A DNA stretch of 64,000 nt from Squalus acanthias (Eukaryota), in the NCBI GenBank assembly GCA_030390025.1, contig CM059431.1:103046001-103110000 (forward strand), in the 5' to 3' direction. This document shows positions 24,726 to 38,069 of the stretch, one piece after another. Below the pieces are notes generated by a model. That model saw only the letters and a program-made list of their open reading frames with translations, had not been told where the DNA came from and made no database searches. Positions within the stretch are counted from its first letter, which is position 1; each line of letters begins with the position of its first letter. A program made the translations under genes and the position numbers.

Positions 24726-25514
24726 AATATGCCTTAACAGAAAATTCAGGAAATGTTTTATTTCAAGGTGCAGCTGAAGGGAATAGTTAGCAAGTCTATA
24801 TAGAACATTCTGACCACTTGCTTACAGACACATTTATATATATATAATGGGTTAAAAATATTTTTAAAAGAGGCATTTAATGTATTTATGTAATCAAACC
24901 GATGATTTATGCCCAGTCTTCTGACAGCATATGAATTATACATAATGTTCTGACTCTTTATGAATTGTTAGAGACAGTGTCTGGAAATATTTTTAAAGAA
25001 ATATGAGTTTATGTACTTCTAAAATGCATTATGTATGAATAATCTGAACAAGATGAAAAATGCATTTCATTTCAATGTAAAACTGTACCCTGGTATTGTC
25101 ATTCACAAGATAAGACTATCACTGTTAGTAGAGCATTATGAATGTCACTTGGGAAAGGATCATATCAATCCTCCAGTCTTTAAACTTCACTACAAGAGAT
25201 ACGGGCTGTATTCTATCAGAATGTTAAATTACCTACAGTAGGAGCTGTATTCCTCATTTTGTGCAAGAAGTACAATATCTGCATGCAAATAGGATATTTG
25301 CAGCTCCCCATTGGGGAAAATCACTTAAGACAACCTCGGTCTAAGAAAGTCATATTCCCGAGTGTTCAAATGTTCTTCTTTCAGTCTGCTGTGTAAAAAG
25401 GCCTTGTTCTGGACTGAACATTCGATTCTTCGCCCAGCAGACACAGCCTTGATACCCGACGTACAGTAATGAAAACCTCCACAGGCCAGAAACAGAAATG
25501 AGGGGTTGGCTTTT

Positions 25515-27445
25515 TTAATTCATTTATGGGATCAGGGTGTCGCTGGCAAGGCCAGCATTTATTGCCCATCCCTAGTTGCCCTTGAGAAGGTGGTGGTGAG
25601 CTGCCTTCTTGAACCGCTGCAGTCCGTGTGGTGATGGTACTCCCACAGTGCTGTTAGGGACGGAGTTCCAGGATTTTGACCCAGCGACGATGAAGGATCG
25701 GCGATATACTTCTAAGTCCGGATGGTGTATGATTTGGAGGGGAACTTGGAGGTGGTGGTGTTCCCATGCGCCTGCTGCCCTTGTCCTACTAGGTGGAAGA
25801 GGTCGTGGGTTTGGGAGGTGCTGCCGAAGAAGCCTTGGCGAGTTGCTGCAGTGCATCTTGTAGGTGGTACACACTGCAGCCATGGTGCGCCGGTGGTGGA
25901 GGGAGTGAATGTTTAAGGTGGTGGATGGGGTGCCAATCAAGCGGGCTGCTTTGTCCTGGATGGTGTCAAGCTTCTTGAGTGTTGTTGGAGCTGCACTCAT
26001 CCAGGCAAGTGGAGAGTATTCCATCACACTCCTTACTTGTGCCTTGTAGATGGTGGAAAGGCTTTGGGGTGTCAGGAGGTGAGTCACTCACCACAGAATA
26101 CCCAGCCTCTGACCTGCTCTTGTAGCCACAGTATTTATGTGGCTGGTCCAGTTAAGTTTCTGGTTAATGTTGACCCCCAGGATGTTGATAGTGGGGGATT
26201 CAGCAATGGTAATGCCATTGAATGTCAAGGGGAGCTGGTTAGACTCTCGCTTGTTGGAGATAGTCATTGCCTGGCACTAATGTTACCTGCCACTTATCAG
26301 CTCAAGCCTTAACGTCGTCCAGGTTTTGTTGCATTTGGGCATGGACTGCTTCATTATCTGTGGCGTTGAGCACTGTGCAGTCATCCGCGAACATCCCCAT
26401 TTCTGACCTTATGTTAGAGGGAAGGTCATTGATGAAGCAGCTGAAGATGATTGGGCCTAGGACACTGCCCTGAGGAACTCCTGCAGCTGTGATGATTGAC
26501 CTTCAACCAACACAACCATCGTCCTTTGTGCTAGGTATGACTCCAGCCAGTGGAGCATTTTCCCCCTGACTTCAGTTTTACTAGGGCTCCTTGATGCCAG
26601 ACTTGGTGAAATGCTGCCTTGATGTCAAAGGCAGTCACTCTCACCTCTGGAATTCAGCTCCTTTGTCCATGTTTGGACCAAGGCTGTAATGAGGTCGGGA
26701 GCCGAGTGGTCTTGGCGGAACCCAAACTGCCCATGCTTTACCTGAAGCCATGAGACTTCATGGGGTAAGGAGTCAATGTTGAGGCCTCCCAGGGCCACTC
26801 CTTCCTGACTGTACCACTGTGCCACCACCCCTGGTGGGTCTGTCCTGCCGGTGGGACAGGACATACATAACCAGAGATGGTGATGGAAGAGTTTGGGACA
26901 TTGACTGAAAGGTATGATTCTGTGAGTATGACTCTGTCAGGCTGTTGCTTGACTAGTCTGTGGGACAGCTCTCCCAATTTTGGCACAAGTCCCCAGATGT
27001 TGGTGAGGAGGACTTTGCAGGGTTGACTGGGCTGGGTGTGTCGTAGCTGTTGCCATGTCCATAGCCGGGTGGTCAGTCCGGTTTCATTCTTATTATTTTG
27101 TTTCGTAGCGGTTAGTTACAACTGAGTGGCTTGCTAGGCCATTTCAGAGAGCAGTTAAGAGTCAACCACATTGCTGTGGGTCTGGAGTCACATATAGGCC
27201 AGACTGGGTAAGGACAGCAGGTTTCCTTTCCTCAAGGACATTAGTGAACCAGATGGGTTTTTACGACAATCCGATACTTTCATGGTTACCATTACTGATA
27301 CTAGCTTTTTATTCCAGATTTATTTAATTAACTGAATTTAAATTCCCCAGCTGCCGTGGTGGGATTTGAACTCACGTCTCCAGATCATTAGTCCAGGCCT
27401 ACTGGATTACTAGCCCAGTGACATTACCACTACGCGACCGTTCCC
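25515..27445 (-). mobile_element. Non-LTR retrotransposon (CR1/L2-group, distinct lineage), internally deleted, with a tRNA-like 5' head
   Basis: APE N-terminus (KLGELSHRLVKQQPDRVILTESYL) at 26738-26986. RT start QFGFRQDHSAPDLI. C-terminus IYKAQVRSVMEYSPLAW..DTIQDKAARLIG. A/B-box-like motifs at 27361-27437. Confidence 0.8.
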
Positions 27446-28099
27446 GATATGGGAGGAGTTTGTCGAAGTTGAATTTCCGTCATTGAGATAGATCACACCG
27501 ACTGCAGGTAATTTAACATTTTTCCTTGGCCAACTTCCAGACACAATCTCGGAGTGTGTTCAATTTGAGCAAAAACTGGTGACGGGATTCTGACTTTCTA
27601 CCTTTTCAGGCTAGCCTGGAGCACAGCTAAGGGCTTGTTGCCCCAAGTAGTCCAAACAGGACAGTTAAGCTCCGGTGAGTTCGTGTATACGATCCAGAAT
27701 ATTGCATTATGGATGGGCTCCAGGAGAGTTCTTTGCTTATTGTCTCAATGCGGAGCCACTTTACAAAGAAGATTGAGTGACAGGAGTCCCCCATGGGGGT
27801 CACCTGCCAGGAATTAAAACAGAGCAGCCAGTCTGTTAATCCTGGCTTAATGATAAGGCTTACCAAAAGGTTTATGTTCAAATGACACAAAACAACACGG
27901 TAGAGTGACAAAGCTTTGCACATTATCTTCATAAATAGTTAATGCCTGAGTGAAGCAACCAAGGTCTCGTTCCTTTCAATGGAAGAAATGCGAGATAAAA
28001 CTTTAACTGCTGTGGAACCCAGTCGCAATATTACCCAAAAAAAGGAAACATGGGGCAAAAACAACTTCAATGTCAGCGTACAAAATAAAAAATGCTGGC

Positions 28100-29080
28100 T
28101 CTGCCACTACCTGTGCCGAACCATCTTCAGCTGCAATGTCCTTCCCTCCATCATAAGGTCAGAAGTGGGGATGTTCGCTGATGACTGCACAGTGTTCGGC
28201 GCCATTCGCAACTCCTCAGATAATGAAGCAGTCCATGCCCGCATGCAACAAGACCTGGATGACGTGCAGGCTTGGGCTGATAAGTGGCAGGTAACATTCG
28301 TGCCACACAAGTGCCAGGTAATGACTATCTCCAACAAGAGATCGTCTAACCATAGCCCCTTGACATTCAACAACATTACCATCGCCGAATCCCCCAACAT
28401 TAACATCCTGGGGGGGTCACCATTGACCAGAAGCTTAATTGGACCAGCCACATAAATACTATGGCAACAAGAGCAGGTCAAAGGTTGGGTATTCTGCGGC
28501 GAGTGTCTCACCTCTTGACTCCCCAAAGCCTTTCCACCATCTACAAGGCACAAGTAAGGAGTGTGATGGAATACTCTCCACTTGCCTGGATGAGTGCAGC
28601 TCCAAAAACACTCAATGAAGCTTGACACCATCCAGGACAAAGCAGCCCGCTTGATTGGCGCCCCATCCACCACCTTAAACATTCACTCCCTCCACCACCG
28701 GCGCACCGTGGCTGCAGTGTGTACCATCTACAAGATGCACTGCAGCAACTCACCAAGGTTTCTTCGGCAGCACCTCCCAAACCCGCGACCTCTACCACCT
28801 AGAAGGACAAGGGCAGCAGGTGCATGGGAACACCACCACCTCCAAGTTCCCCTCCAAGTCACACACCATCCTGACTTGGAAATATATCGCATTTCTTCAT
28901 CGGCGCTGGGTCAAAATCCTGGAACTCTGTCCCTAACAGCACTGTGGGAGCACCTTCACCACACGGACTGCAGCGGTTCAAGAAGGCGGCTCACCACCAC
29001 TTTCTCAATGGCAATTAGGGATGGGCAATAAATGCTGGCCTTGCCAACGACACCCTGACCCCAAGAAAGAATTAAAAAAA
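28100..29080 (+). mobile_element. Same LINE family, 3' fragment
   Basis: MFADDCTV..MQQDLD..WADKWQV; DTIQDKAARLIG; tail ggcaattagggatgggcaataaatgctggcc. Confidence 0.85.
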
Positions 29081-29159
29081 TCCTTGATGCCAAGATAAGG
29101 GCTTGTAATGTAACTGTTATAAATGAAAGACTTTTAAGCTCTCAAGATTCCACAAGATT

Positions 29160-29462
29160 CCACTGGCAGGAGGGTTGGTAACCAGAGGACACAGAATTAA
29201 AATAATTGGCAAAAGAACCAGAGGAGAAATATTTTTTATGCAGTGAGTTGTTGTGATCTGGAATGCGCTGCCTGAAAGGGCGGTGGAAGCAGGTTCAATA
29301 GTAACTTTCAAAAGGGAATTGGATAAATACTTGAAAAGGAGAAATTTACAGGGCTGTGGGGAAAGAGCAGGGGGGAGTGGGACTAATTGGATCGCTCTTT
29401 CAAAGAGCCGGCACAGGCACGATGGGCCGAATGGCCTCCTTCTGTGCTGTATCATTCTATGA
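29160..29462 (+). mobile_element. CR1 LINE 3' fragment
   Basis: IWNALPERAVEAGSIVTFKRELDKYL and 3'UTR. Confidence 0.8.
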
Positions 29463-30452
29463 GATCAAAATTGTTCATTTATCTACCGCAATGGGTAAAG
29501 AAAATACTGCCTATCAATTTACCAACTTTCTTTCTGCTGTCATTAAACAGCTAATTCACCGTCTCTGAATACACCTCCCACAATCATCTATCCGAATCCT
29601 TTTGGCGGTAATTTCAACCCTCCCCCACTCCCCTTTGCATACCTCCGACATGCTGGTTTAAATAGCAAGGGAATTTTTTTTTAAACTTCAAAGCTTTTTA
29701 ACCACTTGCAATCTGGTACACGCTTGTTAAGCCTTCTGGCATAGAATTGAGGAACGCTCCTCAATTTAGGAATAGTATGAAAGAGGGTGATACACTCCTC
29801 CAGTCAAGCCTAACAACTTACGAGCAGAGATGAAGGTGTCCGACCGATATATTTTCCTCTGTAAAGTTGAAGAGAAACTCTGTTACAAAACTGTAATCAT
29901 GAACTTTAACAGTTTAGCTAAACAATTTTCCTTTAGCTGTGGACGCCGGTAAATTTACCCTCAAGTTGCGTGGGTCATGCTATCTGAGACAGCGTGCTTG
30001 TTTCAAAGGGTTGTGGGTGATCATGGAACTGTTGTTTCTGACCTGATCCTTGCACTCACACGTGAGATGATATACGGAGATGTGGCAGGATTGTATGAAA
30101 TAATATATATTTTTTAAAAATCATAAGACTACGAGGCTTGCGAAAATCCTGAAGCTATGCACAGTTTGGCCTTATTGAACTTTGTGGACACAGCAAACAA
30201 GGCAGTTAATCAAGGAATCAGAACACAACATGAGGCAACCTAAGGGTTTGCTGACCAAATCATCTCTGAGCAGATCAGTGAGTGATCATGCCCACAGAGA
30301 CCCTATAAAAAGTAATGAATTCTGAACTCTGGACATAGACGGGAAACACAGCCAAGAGGAAGACCGGATCCTGCTGGGTGAATCAGGCCCATTGACCTAC
30401 AACCAACTCGGATTGATCAACTGAGGGTGATTGTATGTATTGGCCAAACGCG

Positions 30453-30558
30453 TGTAAGGGCACAGATGTTGCGTGTAAGTGCATAGATATTGCATGTAAG
30501 TACACAGATATTGCATGTAAGGGCACAGATGTTGCATGTAAGTGCATAGATATTGCAA
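30453..30558. repeat. 21-bp minisatellite, ~5 copies
   Basis: Variants tgtaagggcacagatgttgca / tgtaagtgcatagatattgca in tandem. Confidence 0.9.
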
Positions 30559-31171
30559 AATAATCCATAGTTAAGTGCATAGTTATTGCAAATATTATTG
30601 ATCGAATTCATTAAATTACCATTTAATCGGATCTTGTTTGACCTTGTAGTATTTCAATAAGTCTCGGGGTCTGAACACAAAAGTGAAGTCTTACAATGAG
30701 GAGACATTTTTTTATGCAGCGAGTTGTTGTGATCTGGAACGCGCTGCCTGAACTTTCAAAAGAGAATTGGATAAATACTTGAAGGGGACAAAATATTGCA
30801 GGGCTGTGGGGAAAGAGCAGGGAGGGGGGGGAGTGGGACTAATTGGGCAGCTCTTTCAAAGAGGCACGATGAGCCGACTGGCCTCCTCCTGTGCTGTAAG
30901 AGTCTATAATTCTCTGACCCCACAGTCACTTCGCATTCGAGCCGCGCCTAAATCAATGGATCTACAGCTTGATATGAAGTGCATGAGACTCTGGTGCTGT
31001 TTCACTGATGGGCAAACCTGTATTCTCAGCATAAAGCTAATATAAGGCAAACTTCTACGGGGAGCCCACATCCTCTAACTCACCTTGTCAGCCACATAAA
31101 TTGTCACAAGAAATTGCCTTTCTTCTATAATGTATTTTACAATAATACTTACTAGCAAAGTCATGTCATTA

Positions 31172-31640
31172 GTGTCAGCTGTGGCTCAGTGGGCAGCACC
31201 CTCGCCTCTGAGTCAGAAGGTTGTGGGTTCAAGTTCCCACTCCAGAGACTTGATCACAAATTCCAGGCTGACTCTCCAGTGCAGTGCTGAGGGAGTGCTG
31301 CACTGGCGGAGGTGCTGTCTTTTGGATGAGACGTTAAACCGAGGCCCCGTCTGCTCTCTCAAGTGGACGTAAAAGATCCCACGGCACTATTGCGAAGAAG
31401 AGCAGGGGAGTTCTCCCCGGTGTCCTGGGCCAATATTTATCCCTCAATCAACATCACTAAAAAACAGATTATCTGGTCATTATCACATTGCTGTTTGTGG
31501 TAGCTTGCTGTGCGCAAATTGGCTGCCGTGTTTTCTACATTACAACAGTGACTACACTTCAAAAAGTACTTCATTGGCTGTAAAGCACTTTGGGACATCC
31601 TGAGGTTGTGAAAGGCAGGATCTAAGTGCAAGTCCCTTTT
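31172..31640 (+). mobile_element. Full-length tRNA-derived Deu-domain SINE (SacSINE1-like)
   Basis: A box tggctcagtgg, B-box-like gggttcaagttccc, Deu core ggatgagacgttaaaccgaggccccgtctgc, L2-like tail. Confidence 0.85.
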
Positions 31641-32604
31641 TAAAAAAAATTACATTTACATAATGAGGAGTTACTGCTATATATTTGGAGCTACGGAAAT
31701 GCTGAAAGTCCCAGGTTCTTTGTTTCAAACGTGAGCCCTACTTCCCCAACGGCTTTGAATGGGTCTCGGCTACAAAGGGGAAAATAAACTAAGGTCTCCA
31801 CTCCTCATCACAACCTAATGATCCTGGGTGCGGAAATAGGGGATGAGGACAGCAGTGGGGGAGGGGTGTGCGCGGGGGGGGGGGACATGCGGGGGGGGTG
31901 GGGTGCAGCGATGCCCCCCATGTGTGAATAGCTGGCTGATATTAATTTCCTGCTTCCACATGAAGGACGGCCCTGAGGGTGAGGTGCATTAGCTCTGGCA
32001 TCTGCGCAACAGTACCCCAGCGAGGATAAGAGAAAATTGAAAAATAAATTTGTTTTCTCTTGCAATCTGTCATTAACTGTACAATACAGCAGGGATGGAG
32101 TGGAGCGAGCTACTTAAGTGCATTATAGCACAATAAACACACAGATGCGTGGAAGATTCAAATTACCCAGTACACCCTTTAAACTAATTAGTTTAACTCC
32201 AGTAAATTTTGCTCTTACTGAATGTCAAAGAGCTTTAGTGATTGAAATAGTCGACTGCAATCAAAGCCTACCTCCTGCTGTAAATAGCCAAATGAAAACC
32301 ATTAACAGAAATGTTCCCCAAACATGAATAACTTTATTTAACCATCCTAGCCACCAGGGGATTGCAGAAATTTGAAAGGCAATGAGTCAGGGCAATTTCA
32401 GCCTGCTTCTCGCTGAATATCAACCAATCGCCCCAAAAAAATAAGACAGAATTAAATTTTAAAAAAGTACGCCGCCGTCTTATAGAAACAGAACATTTTT
32501 CTGTTAACAGCTATAATAGAATGAACGCTACCTGCGAGAGAGCTGGATGTTAGAAAAAAAATTCAATTTCTGTTCAAAATTTTCTGTCGTGGTCCCTAAA
32601 ATTA

Positions 32605-33940
32605 TTTGGCTGTATTTTTCCAATCATCCCGAGATGCGGGGGTGGTGCCTGAGGATTGGAAAGTGGCAAATGTGACACCATTGTACAAGAAAGGGTGTAC
32701 GAACAATCCTAGTAACTACAGGCCGATCAGTTTAACATCAGTGGTGGGTAAAGTTTTAGAAACGATAATCAAGGAAAAAATTAACGGGCACTTGGAGAGG
32801 TTTAAGCTAATTAAGGAGAGCCAACATGGATTTGTAAAAGGCAGATCGTGTTTGACTAATCTAATTGAATTTTTTGATGAAGTAACAGGGAGGATTGATG
32901 AAGGGAATGCAATGGATGTTGTCTACATGGATTTTAGGAAGGCGTTTGACAAAGTACCACATAGAAGGCTGGTTAACAAAATTGAGGCTCATGGAATAGG
33001 TGGGTCAGTGGCAGCTTGGATAAGGAATTGCTTAAGGACAGAAAACAGCGAGTTGTGGTAAGTGGCTGTTTTTCAGACTGGAGGATGATAGACAGTGGTG
33101 TTCCCCAAGGATCAGTGCTGCGGCCATTGCTTTTTTTGATATATATAAATGACCTGGATATTGGAATACAGAGTAGAATTTCTAAATTTGCCGATGACAC
33201 CAAACTTGGGGGTGTGGCAAACAGTGAGGATGATACCAATTGACTGCAACAGGACATAGAAAGGCTAGCAGAATGGGCAGACAAGTGACATATGGAATTT
33301 AATACAGAGAAGTGTGAGGTGATGCATTTTGGCAGAAGGAACAGGGAGAGGCAATATACACTTAATGGCACAGTTTTAAAGAGAGTGCAGGGACAGAGGG
33401 ACCTGGGAGTTAATGTGCATAGGTCCCTGAAGGTGGCAGGACATATTGAGAGAGTGGTTAGCAAAAGCATATGGGATCTTGGGCTTCATAAATAGAGGTA
33501 TTGAGTACAAAAGTAGAGAAGTTATGCTGAACCTTTATAAAGCGCTGGTTAGGCCACAACTGGAGTATTGCATCCAGTTCTGGTCACCACACTTTAGGAA
33601 GGATGTGAAGGCACTTGAGAGGGTGCAGAGGAGATTTACCAGAATGGTTCTGGGGATGGGGGATCTTAGCTACAAGGACAGGTTGGAGAAGCTGGATTTG
33701 TTTTCATTAGAGCAAAGGAGGTTGAGGGGTGATTTGATAGAGGTGTACAAGATTATGACGGGTTTGGATAGGCTAGACAGGGAAAGGCTGTTCCCACTAG
33801 TTGATGGTACAAGGACTAGGGGACACAGAGTTAAGGTTTTGGGCAAGAGATACAGGGGGGACGTGAGGAAAAACATTTTTACGCAGCGAGTGGTGAGGAC
33901 CTGGAACTCGCTGTCGACGGAAGTGGTGGAGGTGGAGACA
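32605..33940 (+). mobile_element. CR1 LINE ORF2 RT region (degraded)
   Basis: PEDWKVANVTPLYKKG..NYRPISLTS..QHGF..SCLTNL..DFRKAFD..KFADDTKL, spread over several frames. Confidence 0.92.
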
Positions 33941-33944
33941 CTCA

Positions 33945-34576
33945 GGGCTGGATTTTGATACTGGGGCGGGTTGGGGTCGTGTCATCCACTTTTCGTGTTA
34001 TCCACCCGACTGCAATTGGATGTGGGAAATTGATGCAATTTTCACCTAATTGGGCAATTGAGTTCCAGCATGTGGGAACCCCTGAACCAATTAGTGTTTT
34101 CAGTCTGAAAGTCGCCTCTGATGATGCCATCATTGCTGCTGCATTGAAGGTCTGCAAAGACTGCCTGGCCTTTGCTGTGAGAGGACCTGGATGCAAAATG
34201 AGCAGCAGCAGCCCTAAGTCTGCTCCCAGATATTTTTACACCACCACTCCCAGATATGCATCCCCATAGTCGGTCAGTCAGTCAGTCAGGTTTCACATTC
34301 GTGGTTCAGAACAGGCGTGTTTCACGTAGAAAAAGGGTTAAAATCACAAAGGCCTTTCAAAATGGCATTATAGAGGCAATTTAGTGCTTGTTAAGGGCCT
34401 TAACAGCCTATCCCGCCTCTTAAAGGCTGGACGGAGGCGGGACCAGCAGACACGATTTAATGAAAATTGCGTGGAGGCGGGATGGAGGCGGACTTGTGCC
34501 CGCCCGCCAGTTTTCGCATTTTTAACCCCCCACACGCCTCCAAACCCGCCTCCACGGGTCAATGAAAATCCAGCCC
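33945..34576. mobile_element. Harbinger-type MITE with the same TIRs but a different interior
   Basis: GGGCTGGATTTT...AAAATCCAGCCC. No TSD (TCA/TAT). Confidence 0.65.
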
Positions 34577-34594
34577 TATGTCTCTATGATTCTA

Positions 34595-35290
34595 TTTTGC
34601 GACCCCTATGGGTGTGGATGCGCTAGTAGGGGCCGCGCAAGTTACGGGTTTAGGCGCGCGAAGTGCATGTGCTAAAACCCGGATCTTGCGATCTGTCAAA
34701 AATCTTCTTGACAGAACCCCCACATCCCCGGGAGATGGCCCTTTGCGGGTGGAGAGTGGCGCTATTTGCCCAACTTCCGCCCGCTGAATGCCCGTGAAAT
34801 TCTTACGCCTGCTTTTACCCAGCATAGGAGTTTTAAAAAAATAGAAAAATAAAATTTTATCACTCATTTATACATTAAAAACCCTGTCCAATAAGGAAAG
34901 TTTATTTTTAGTCCCGTTAAAACATATACATTTTTTTCAAAAAATTAAATTTTCGTTTAAAATGTTTAATTAAATGGCATTTTATTTAATTTTAAATCTG
35001 AAATTTTTAAAAAATTTATTTCATGCGTTGGTGTATTTTTTTAGTGATCCCCATTCATACTTAATGGGGATTCCGTACGTACAGAACTCTCGTAAGTATG
35101 AATGGGGATTCCCTTCTTTTATTGGTTGGGCCGGCCCACGTTATTCCAGGGGCGCTTGAGAACTGCGCGGACCCGGAGAGGCCCAGGATCGCGAGTCTCC
35201 GTACCTCCTGGGCCACCAGGTAAATGCATAGATTTTTTACAGGTCGGAGGCGTCTGCCCACGGGAAGCCACCGATCGCAAATTTTCAGCC
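34595..35290. mobile_element. Probable non-autonomous DNA transposon
   Basis: CpG-rich ends around an AT-rich core. The right end tcgcaaattttcagcc resembles the MITE TIRs; the left end (ttttgcga) is only a partial match. Confidence 0.4.
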
Positions 35291-36409
35291 AGTCATGCAT
35301 TCTCCAGGATGCCCTGCAAATATTGAAACTTTCAGGCAATGTATTCCAGATCATAACAACTCGCTGTGTAACAAATAAATTCTCCTCATCTCGCCCCCTC
35401 TGGTTCGTTTGCCGATTTACCTTAAATCTGTGTCCTCTGGTTACCGACCCTCCGGCCAGTGGAAACAGTTTCTCCCGACTTACTCTCGCAAAACCCATCA
35501 TGATTTTGAACCCCTCCGTTAAATCTTTCCCTTAACCTCCTCTGCTCTAAGAAGAACAATCCCAGATTTTCAGCTCCCCCCGCTAGGCGGCAGGCAGAGT
35601 GGAGCCAGGCTACAAGGGCCTATTTATTTGTCTTACCGCATGCAGCCTGCTATATTGACTTTCTCCCTTCCTCAGTAACTCGCTTTACTTCATCCGATAG
35701 CCTCCGGAACTCAAAATCCAGACATGGTAACTGTAATGTATTATCACGTGGTTTTGTCACATGGTTTAGTATGAGCATGCTCAGTTCGCTCTGGCCTAAG
35801 CACATGGCCTAGCAACTCATCGTGTCTCTGTCCTTCATTTGTTCTACCCCATATATTACAGTAACAAAAAAAGGTGTGGTGGGGGAGGGGTTGTCCATAC
35901 CCTAAGAGATTGTCTACGAGCACACATGGACCCCGTTATTCTATGTTTAGAAAGATCAATGCGCTCAACTCTTCGATGCACAAAATACACTGTTTTCCAA
36001 GAATGAAGACTGCATTCGTTTTTTGAACTTTCTTCTGTTAACCTGCTGACCACCACTCAAAGGTTAACACTCGGGGTGTGGCGGGGGGGGGGTGGGTTTG
36101 GCATTTAGACTTTGAACGATAACATCAGATTTTTCATTGACCTCAATGGAAACGAAAATCGGGCAGAGGCGTTTAACGGGTGGGCGCGCTGACACCGCGC
36201 GTTTTACGCTGCTGTCCGAAGTAAAAAATAACCAACCCCCTCCTCCACCAGCGCCCACCCCCCACCCCTGCCAGATCTCAGCAAGGCCCCGACAGGGAGA
36301 CGGGGAAAGTTGGAGGGTGAGCCATAAGGGCCTTCGGCTTTTGCAGTTAACGGCGGTGGAGTTCAGAGCAGCATTGCTGGCTGCCGTTTGGCCAGCATCA
36401 GATGGAGGC

Positions 36410-36705
36410 AACATTCTGGCCTCTTGCGCATCCCCTAATTCCCTTCGCTCCACCATCGCCGGCCGTGCCTTCAGCTGTCTAGCCCCTAAGCTCTGGAATT
36501 CCCACCCTAAGCCTCTCCGCCTCACTACCTCTCTCTCCTCCTTGAAGACGCTTGTTAAAACCTACCTCTTTGACCAAGCTTTTCGTCACCTGTCCTAATG
36601 TCTCTTTATGTGGCTCGGTGTCAAACTTTGTTTGTTAACGTTCCTGTGAAGCGCCACGGGATAATTTACGACATTAAAGGCGCTATATAAATGCAAGTTG
36701 TTGTT
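36410..36705 (+). mobile_element. L2 LINE 3' end
   Basis: RSTIAGRAFSCLAPKLWNS..KTYLFDQAF and a gttgtt tail. Confidence 0.8.
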
Positions 36706-36767
36706 TTGTGTGTGTGTTGGGAGACCGAAGCAAGGAGAAGAGAGATAACCTTAAAATATATAATTAG

Positions 36768-37130
36768 AAAAAGAAAGACTTGCCTTTATATAGCGCCTTT
36801 CACGACCACCAGATGTCTCAAAGCGCTTTACAGCCAGTGAAGTACCTTTTGGAGTGGAGTCACTGTTGTAATGTGGGAAACGCGGCAGCCAATTTGCGCA
36901 CAGCAAGCTCCCACAAACAGCAATGTGATAGTGACCAGATAATCTGTTTTTTGTTATGTTGATGGAGGGATAAATATTGGCGCGGACACCTGGGAGAACT
37001 CCCCTGCTCTTCTTCGAAATAGTGGCCATGGGATCTTTTACGTCCACCTGAGAGAGCAGACGGGGCCTCGGTTTAACGTCTCATCCGAAAGACGGCACCT
37101 CCGACGGTGCAGCACTCCCTCAGCACTGCA
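36768..37130 (-). mobile_element. Deu SINE lacking head
   Basis: Same core and tail as 31172-31640. Confidence 0.8.
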
Positions 37131-37850
37131 GAACCTTTATGCTGTTCTTCACCGTTGCATTTTATAACTTTCCAAATTGTCCCTTTGCCTTTGTTTTTGT
37201 GCATTTTAGCTGAACATCTTCCGGTTGAGACAATTCCATTAATTAATCTTTCCCAGTTTCCCCCTTTGCAGTCTTGAAACTTTGATCCATGAAGGCAGCT
37301 ACCTTAACCTGCATTAACCGTACTAACTTTAATAATATATGGTTGCTTGTACTTCGATTTTTTGCTCTGCCTCCAGGTTACTGATCATTTCCAACTCGCT
37401 GTTGCTCACTAACTGCACCCGGCTGCACCGCACAGATTCCCTCGCTGTACCACAGAGCAGGCTTGAGCTACCTGAACACATTGATTTCCTCACTTCAGGG
37501 GTGACCTCTGCTATTCTCAGATAATTGAAATCCTCCGTGATCACAGCTTTACACGTTCCTGCTGCCTCCCTTATTTGTCCGGACTGCTCAATGTCAGCGA
37601 GCTCACTTTGCTTGTATACAATCATTTTTTCTCTCTAATCTTTTGCTTCCACCCAAATCCAGCCCCAGTCCGCCAGTTTGCCTTGCAGGGTCTCTTCCGT
37701 GTATATTTGATTTCATTATGTGATACCGCATCTTTACACTTCGAATTGTAATAGTCCCTAAAAGTCCTTGGTATTATTCTCTCCATTATCCTCCAAGCGG
37801 TTTCAATACTTGATGTAAAATAAATAATAACAATGCGCTCTTAAAGCTGG

Positions 37851-38069
37851 GAAGTCGCACAACACCAGGTTATAGTCCAACAGCTTTATTTGAAATCACA
37901 AGCTTTCGGAGCGCTGCTCCTTCGTCAGGTGAAGTCAGACTTCACCTGACGAAGGAGCAGCCGCTCCGAAAGCTTGTGATTTCAAATAAAGCTGTTGGAC
38001 TATAACCTGGTGTTGTGCGACTTCTCACTTTTGTCCACCCCAGTCCAACACCGGCATCTCCGCATCATG
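37851..38069 (+). mobile_element. Palindromic Penelope-derived short element with 14-bp TSD
   Basis: 86/87-bp inverted arms around 37937 plus a 45-bp tail. TSD GCTCTTAAAGCTGG at 37837-37850 and 38070-38083. Confidence 0.85.
37942..37979 (+). ncRNA. Minimal type I hammerhead ribozyme motif (mirror copy on - strand at 37896-37932)
   Basis: tcac CTGACGA a GGAGC agcc GCTCC GAA AGCT T gtga: helix I, catalytic core, helix II and a palindromic helix III stub. Confidence 0.7.

Noticed and set aside
31172..31250. tRNA genes at SINE heads
   Set aside because: A/B boxes run straight into SINE bodies; no complete cloverleaf was evident.
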